From Sphagnum compactum (taxonomy: Eukaryota), in assembly GCA_965153455.1 (NCBI GenBank), contig OZ234493.1, forward strand, positions 18,776,213 through 18,840,212: DNA of 64,000 nucleotides, in the 5' to 3' direction. Positions 60,550 to 64,000 of the stretch are shown here, in pieces (the first letter of the stretch is position 1; each line of letters opens with the position of its first letter). The notes beneath the pieces were generated by a model that saw nothing but the letters and a program-made list of their open reading frames with translations, ran no database searches and had not been told where the DNA came from. The position numbers and the translations under genes are program-made.

Positions 60550-63402
60550 TTACAGTACCTCCGGTTGCCCCTCTGCTGCTGTTGCTTCTTTGGACACGGG
60601 ACAGTTTGTTGTCACGGGAAGGAATTTGGCAAGCCAATTGAGCATATCATTGTGAGCTTCTTCAGCAGCTGCGACTTCCTGGGGATTATTCTCGTCATAC
60701 CGAATTGTCCATCCGTGAGACGCGTTAGGAAATATCTTGACGAAGCTCTCAATCTGCAGCAAGCGCAATTAAACATAAAGACTTATATATTATAACCACA
60801 TTGCAAATATTTTATCAGGAGAGAAGGAAATGTAACTACTGGAAAAAGAAAATGAATATATAGTCTTCTTAATTGTCGTTTATCGAGGTACTACTGCAAA
60901 GAGCTCATCGACTAATTGCTGCATACATCTTTGCGTCCAGACAAGATTGATTCAGCGATCTCAGCGTGGTCTTCTGGAGCCGCCAAAACTGAAATAGGTA
61001 CCTTTACCTCTGCAGTCAAAGATTGAACCCACGTACACGAGATCAGGTCACACATCTGAGCTTGAAACCGAAATATAAAAACCTTCGAGATGCACAGCTG
61101 TGGACAGTGAAATATGGCAACAGGATCGCCGGGAGAAGTGTGTACTGTAACCAAAGCATAGCATAGCAAGTTCGTGTACCTTCGTAATCAGAAGGCTCTA
61201 TGGCGAAAGGGTGCAACTGCACGATCTCCTTGAAGATGTGCACGTCTTTACCAGCAAGGGCTCCCAGTTTGGCTGCATATTATCACACATGGCAACGATC
61301 CGGGAAGAATGAATATGTGTCAGCTCAATTATTATGATTGTATGGAGAAGCGGATACGAATTCCATTGAAGGAAAATTTTGGAATGATCATGGGTACTAT
61401 GCTCGTATGATTCTTTGGTCAGGAACAATCATTCTATTCATGCGAAGTATTCTCACGTCCTACGTACCTCCCCAACAAAATCCTGTACACCCGAGAGACG
61501 ATATGCCTCTAGCTTTGAACTCCTCCACAATCTTGTCCAAATCCGTCAGTGCATCTTCCTGATTTTATTTTTTTTGGCGTAAGACATGAGACAACCCAAA
61601 GATAAGGAATTTGCATATAATTCAACTCTCCATGGCAATGAAACCATCAGAAGAAGCTCAGAAGGAACCTTCTTCTTCTTCTTCTTCCTGAGACAATTAA
61701 TTTCACTTGTGATTCAGAAATATATGTATCTCGAAGTCCAGGATCGCAAAAGCTTGCACTTACAGGCGTATGCTTGACCCACCACTTGTCAAGTCCGGCT
61801 ATAATGTTTGGACCTTCGGCTGGAAGGAATGGGTCTCCCCTGAAGAAGTCAGGAAGCACCACGAAGTAGCCACGACTAGCCACTTTGTCCGCCAACCTCC
61901 TGATAACAAGCAAAAACAGACTCCAAATATCAATTGATGATAAATCAGGCGCTCGCTCTAGTACATGAATTTTTGCTACTCAAGTGATATCTCCTCTCTT
62001 CTCACACACATTCCAGGCAAAAGAAGATTTTTTTGGAAACTCAAATATTTCACCATTAATCTTCCAAAATATCCTCTAAAAAGAAACTAAAATCCTTCAA
62101 GATATTATAACTCTGTAACTAATCTCAACTTTCAATACATGCCAAAATATCATCTTTCAAAAACCCTCATATTACATAGGGGCGAAATCCCTTAAACTCC
62201 TGTATACTCTATAATGAAACTAAACACAACATCCTTGCCTGCCAAGTCAAGGCCAACAAATCGGATGAAGACAATGCAACACTGGTTGTTAACACATTGA
62301 CGTTATCAGATTTGAGTGTCCAAGAAAACAAAACACTGTAGTTGTAACTAGTACACATGTACAGAAAAGACATGGGTTGATGATCACACACAGAGAGAGT
62401 CTACTCATTCACCTCAGTTGAGGATTTTTGAATCCTGAGGCCGCAGGCCGCATCCAAGAAGCCAAAGTTCCAAAATTCCAAGAAAAACACAATAATTTAG
62501 CAACAAAGTATGCTTGTGAGAATTCAAAGCCATCATCAAACTCAAACCCTTAATTGAAGGGTTTCATCAATGGGTCCATTCACCATTTGGGTTCCAAAAA
62601 AGAATGTCTAATTTTTATTTTTATTTTCTTTTGAAACTCAATTTAAAGACAACTTTGAATTTTCATAGTCTTAAATTTATCACTACTATGGCATTTTGTT
62701 TTGTTTTTATAATTATTAGAATATTGAGTTATTTAGAAGAAAAAAAAAATCTATAATGAATTGGATGATATATAAAAAATCCTGTGGAGTCCTTAACCCC
62801 TAAACATCAAGACAGACCAAATTGGTCAATTGTCCAGACTAACAACTTTTTCACATGTATCTATTTGCAATGTGAATCATAGAGCTTCAATCCTGAGTCT
62901 AAAACCTTCCACTTCGAGAAAAATCTCAGTTCTCAACATAAGAATCAAAATCAAAATCAAATTTCAAATGCAACCAAAATTCACCAAAAAAATTCCCAAT
63001 TGTTAGAAAACTATGTACACACACAGTGGATCTGAGCCCCAGATTCTTCTGTACTTTTGATGATGATGATGATGATGATGATCTTCTTCTTCTTCTTCTT
63101 CTTAAGTATTCCTTGATCTACAGAAACCAAAAACCACAAAACACAGTGCAATTGAACATGAACAAAGTTCAAAACCACGTTAGATTACCGAAAATGTCAC
63201 TGGCAAACAGCACGGCCTCGGAAGCTGATGGCGAGCCTGTGATATAAGAAACCAAGCCTGCAAAATTCTCTTCCTTTCCAACACAAGACTTGTCCTTAAC
63301 TGGAGGGCAACGCCTACAACACTGCCGCGATTGAGGCGTGTCTCTGACTATGCTCTTGAAAGCTCCTCCTTCATCAGATGATGCAGCAGCAGGACCCACC
63401 AT
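60550..63402 (-). CDS. Dienelactone hydrolase family protein, paralogue B, 7 exons, about 280 aa
   Basis: Exons (-) 63402-63189, 62434-62413, 61899-61764, 61558-61468, 61272-61180, 61009-60927, 60753-60550 (843 nt). Same intron positions and phases as paralogue A. Motifs QCC, ASDIFGF, RRLADKVASRGYFVVLPDFFRGDP, GFCWGAK, FVKIFPNASHGWTIRY. Start ATG is the least certain part. Confidence 0.92.
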
Positions 63403-63584
63403 ACTTGCAAAAAAAGGAAGAATTTCAGACACCAACTCAGTTCTTTTTCGCCCCTTTTCAAATTAGCCCAATCGCTTGGTTCCTTCCCACTCTCACTCTC
63501 ACTCTCACTCCCACTCTCATGTGCAGTAGAGTATAAGTGTAGAGAAAATTAGAGTGTTTGGAAGTATGAGTGTACTTATAGGGG

Positions 63585-63696
63585 GATGGAGGCCCCTTCA
63601 CTCGATGAAGCGACTTCTCATTGGGTGCATGTAAAGTCTAATATGGGCTGCCACTATTTTTGGCCTGGAAAAATAGCCCTTCCTAACAACACTCTA
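63585..63696 (-). repeat. Dispersed repeat, inverted copy of 51893-52008, in the DLH-B upstream region
   Basis: Reverse-complement match to 51893-52008. Confidence 0.8.
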
Positions 63697-64000
63697 AACC
63701 TATTGGTAATCCCTTCACTACCTTATCCTAAGGTCAGATTCGTCATTAAATAATTATCAAAATAGTGAAATGGATTCTTGTGAAAATGGGAAGTCGACAT
63801 GTTGAAAATCATGATAATTATCATAGGCTACACTCCCAATAATTTCACTATTCATATGACAATATCATAATAGCTAGATGGTGGAAAATTCAATAATTCT
63901 AAATTTTATAAACGATTTATTTTTAATTTTAATAATATTCATTTTGTCAATGTGGAAACTGACCCTAGGCTACGGTATGTGTCCCCATAATTCTGCCCCT

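Overview
Eukaryotic land-plant genomic DNA with GT-AG introns, AT-rich intergenic space and many MITEs. The repeat landscape looks moss-like, possibly Sphagnum; that assignment is inference only. Five intact spliced genes can be assembled by hand: condensin I kleisin CAP-H (+, 13 exons, 6811-13512), meiotic HOP2 (-, 6 exons, 15692-17868), a cytosolic HSP70 ending EEVD (+, 33538-35691), and two tail-to-tail dienelactone-hydrolase-family paralogues (46068-49140 +, 60550-63402 -). There are two pseudogenes: a frameshifted cationic amino-acid transporter (29543-31793) and, most notably, an intronless bacterial-type squalene-hopene cyclase remnant (~3355-4700) whose internal segment sits upstream in inverted orientation. 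Mobile DNA includes CAGTGTT-ended hAT MITEs with 8-bp TSDs, Tourist/Harbinger MITEs (one cut off by TTTAGGG telomeric repeats), a non-autonomous Helitron, and a decayed CRE-like non-LTR retroelement interrupted by a CACTA element and a TIR element. Several genes carry their own degenerate tandem repeat just upstream. I recognised no rRNA, tRNA or CRISPR array. Exon and element coordinates were counted by hand and may be off by a few bases.
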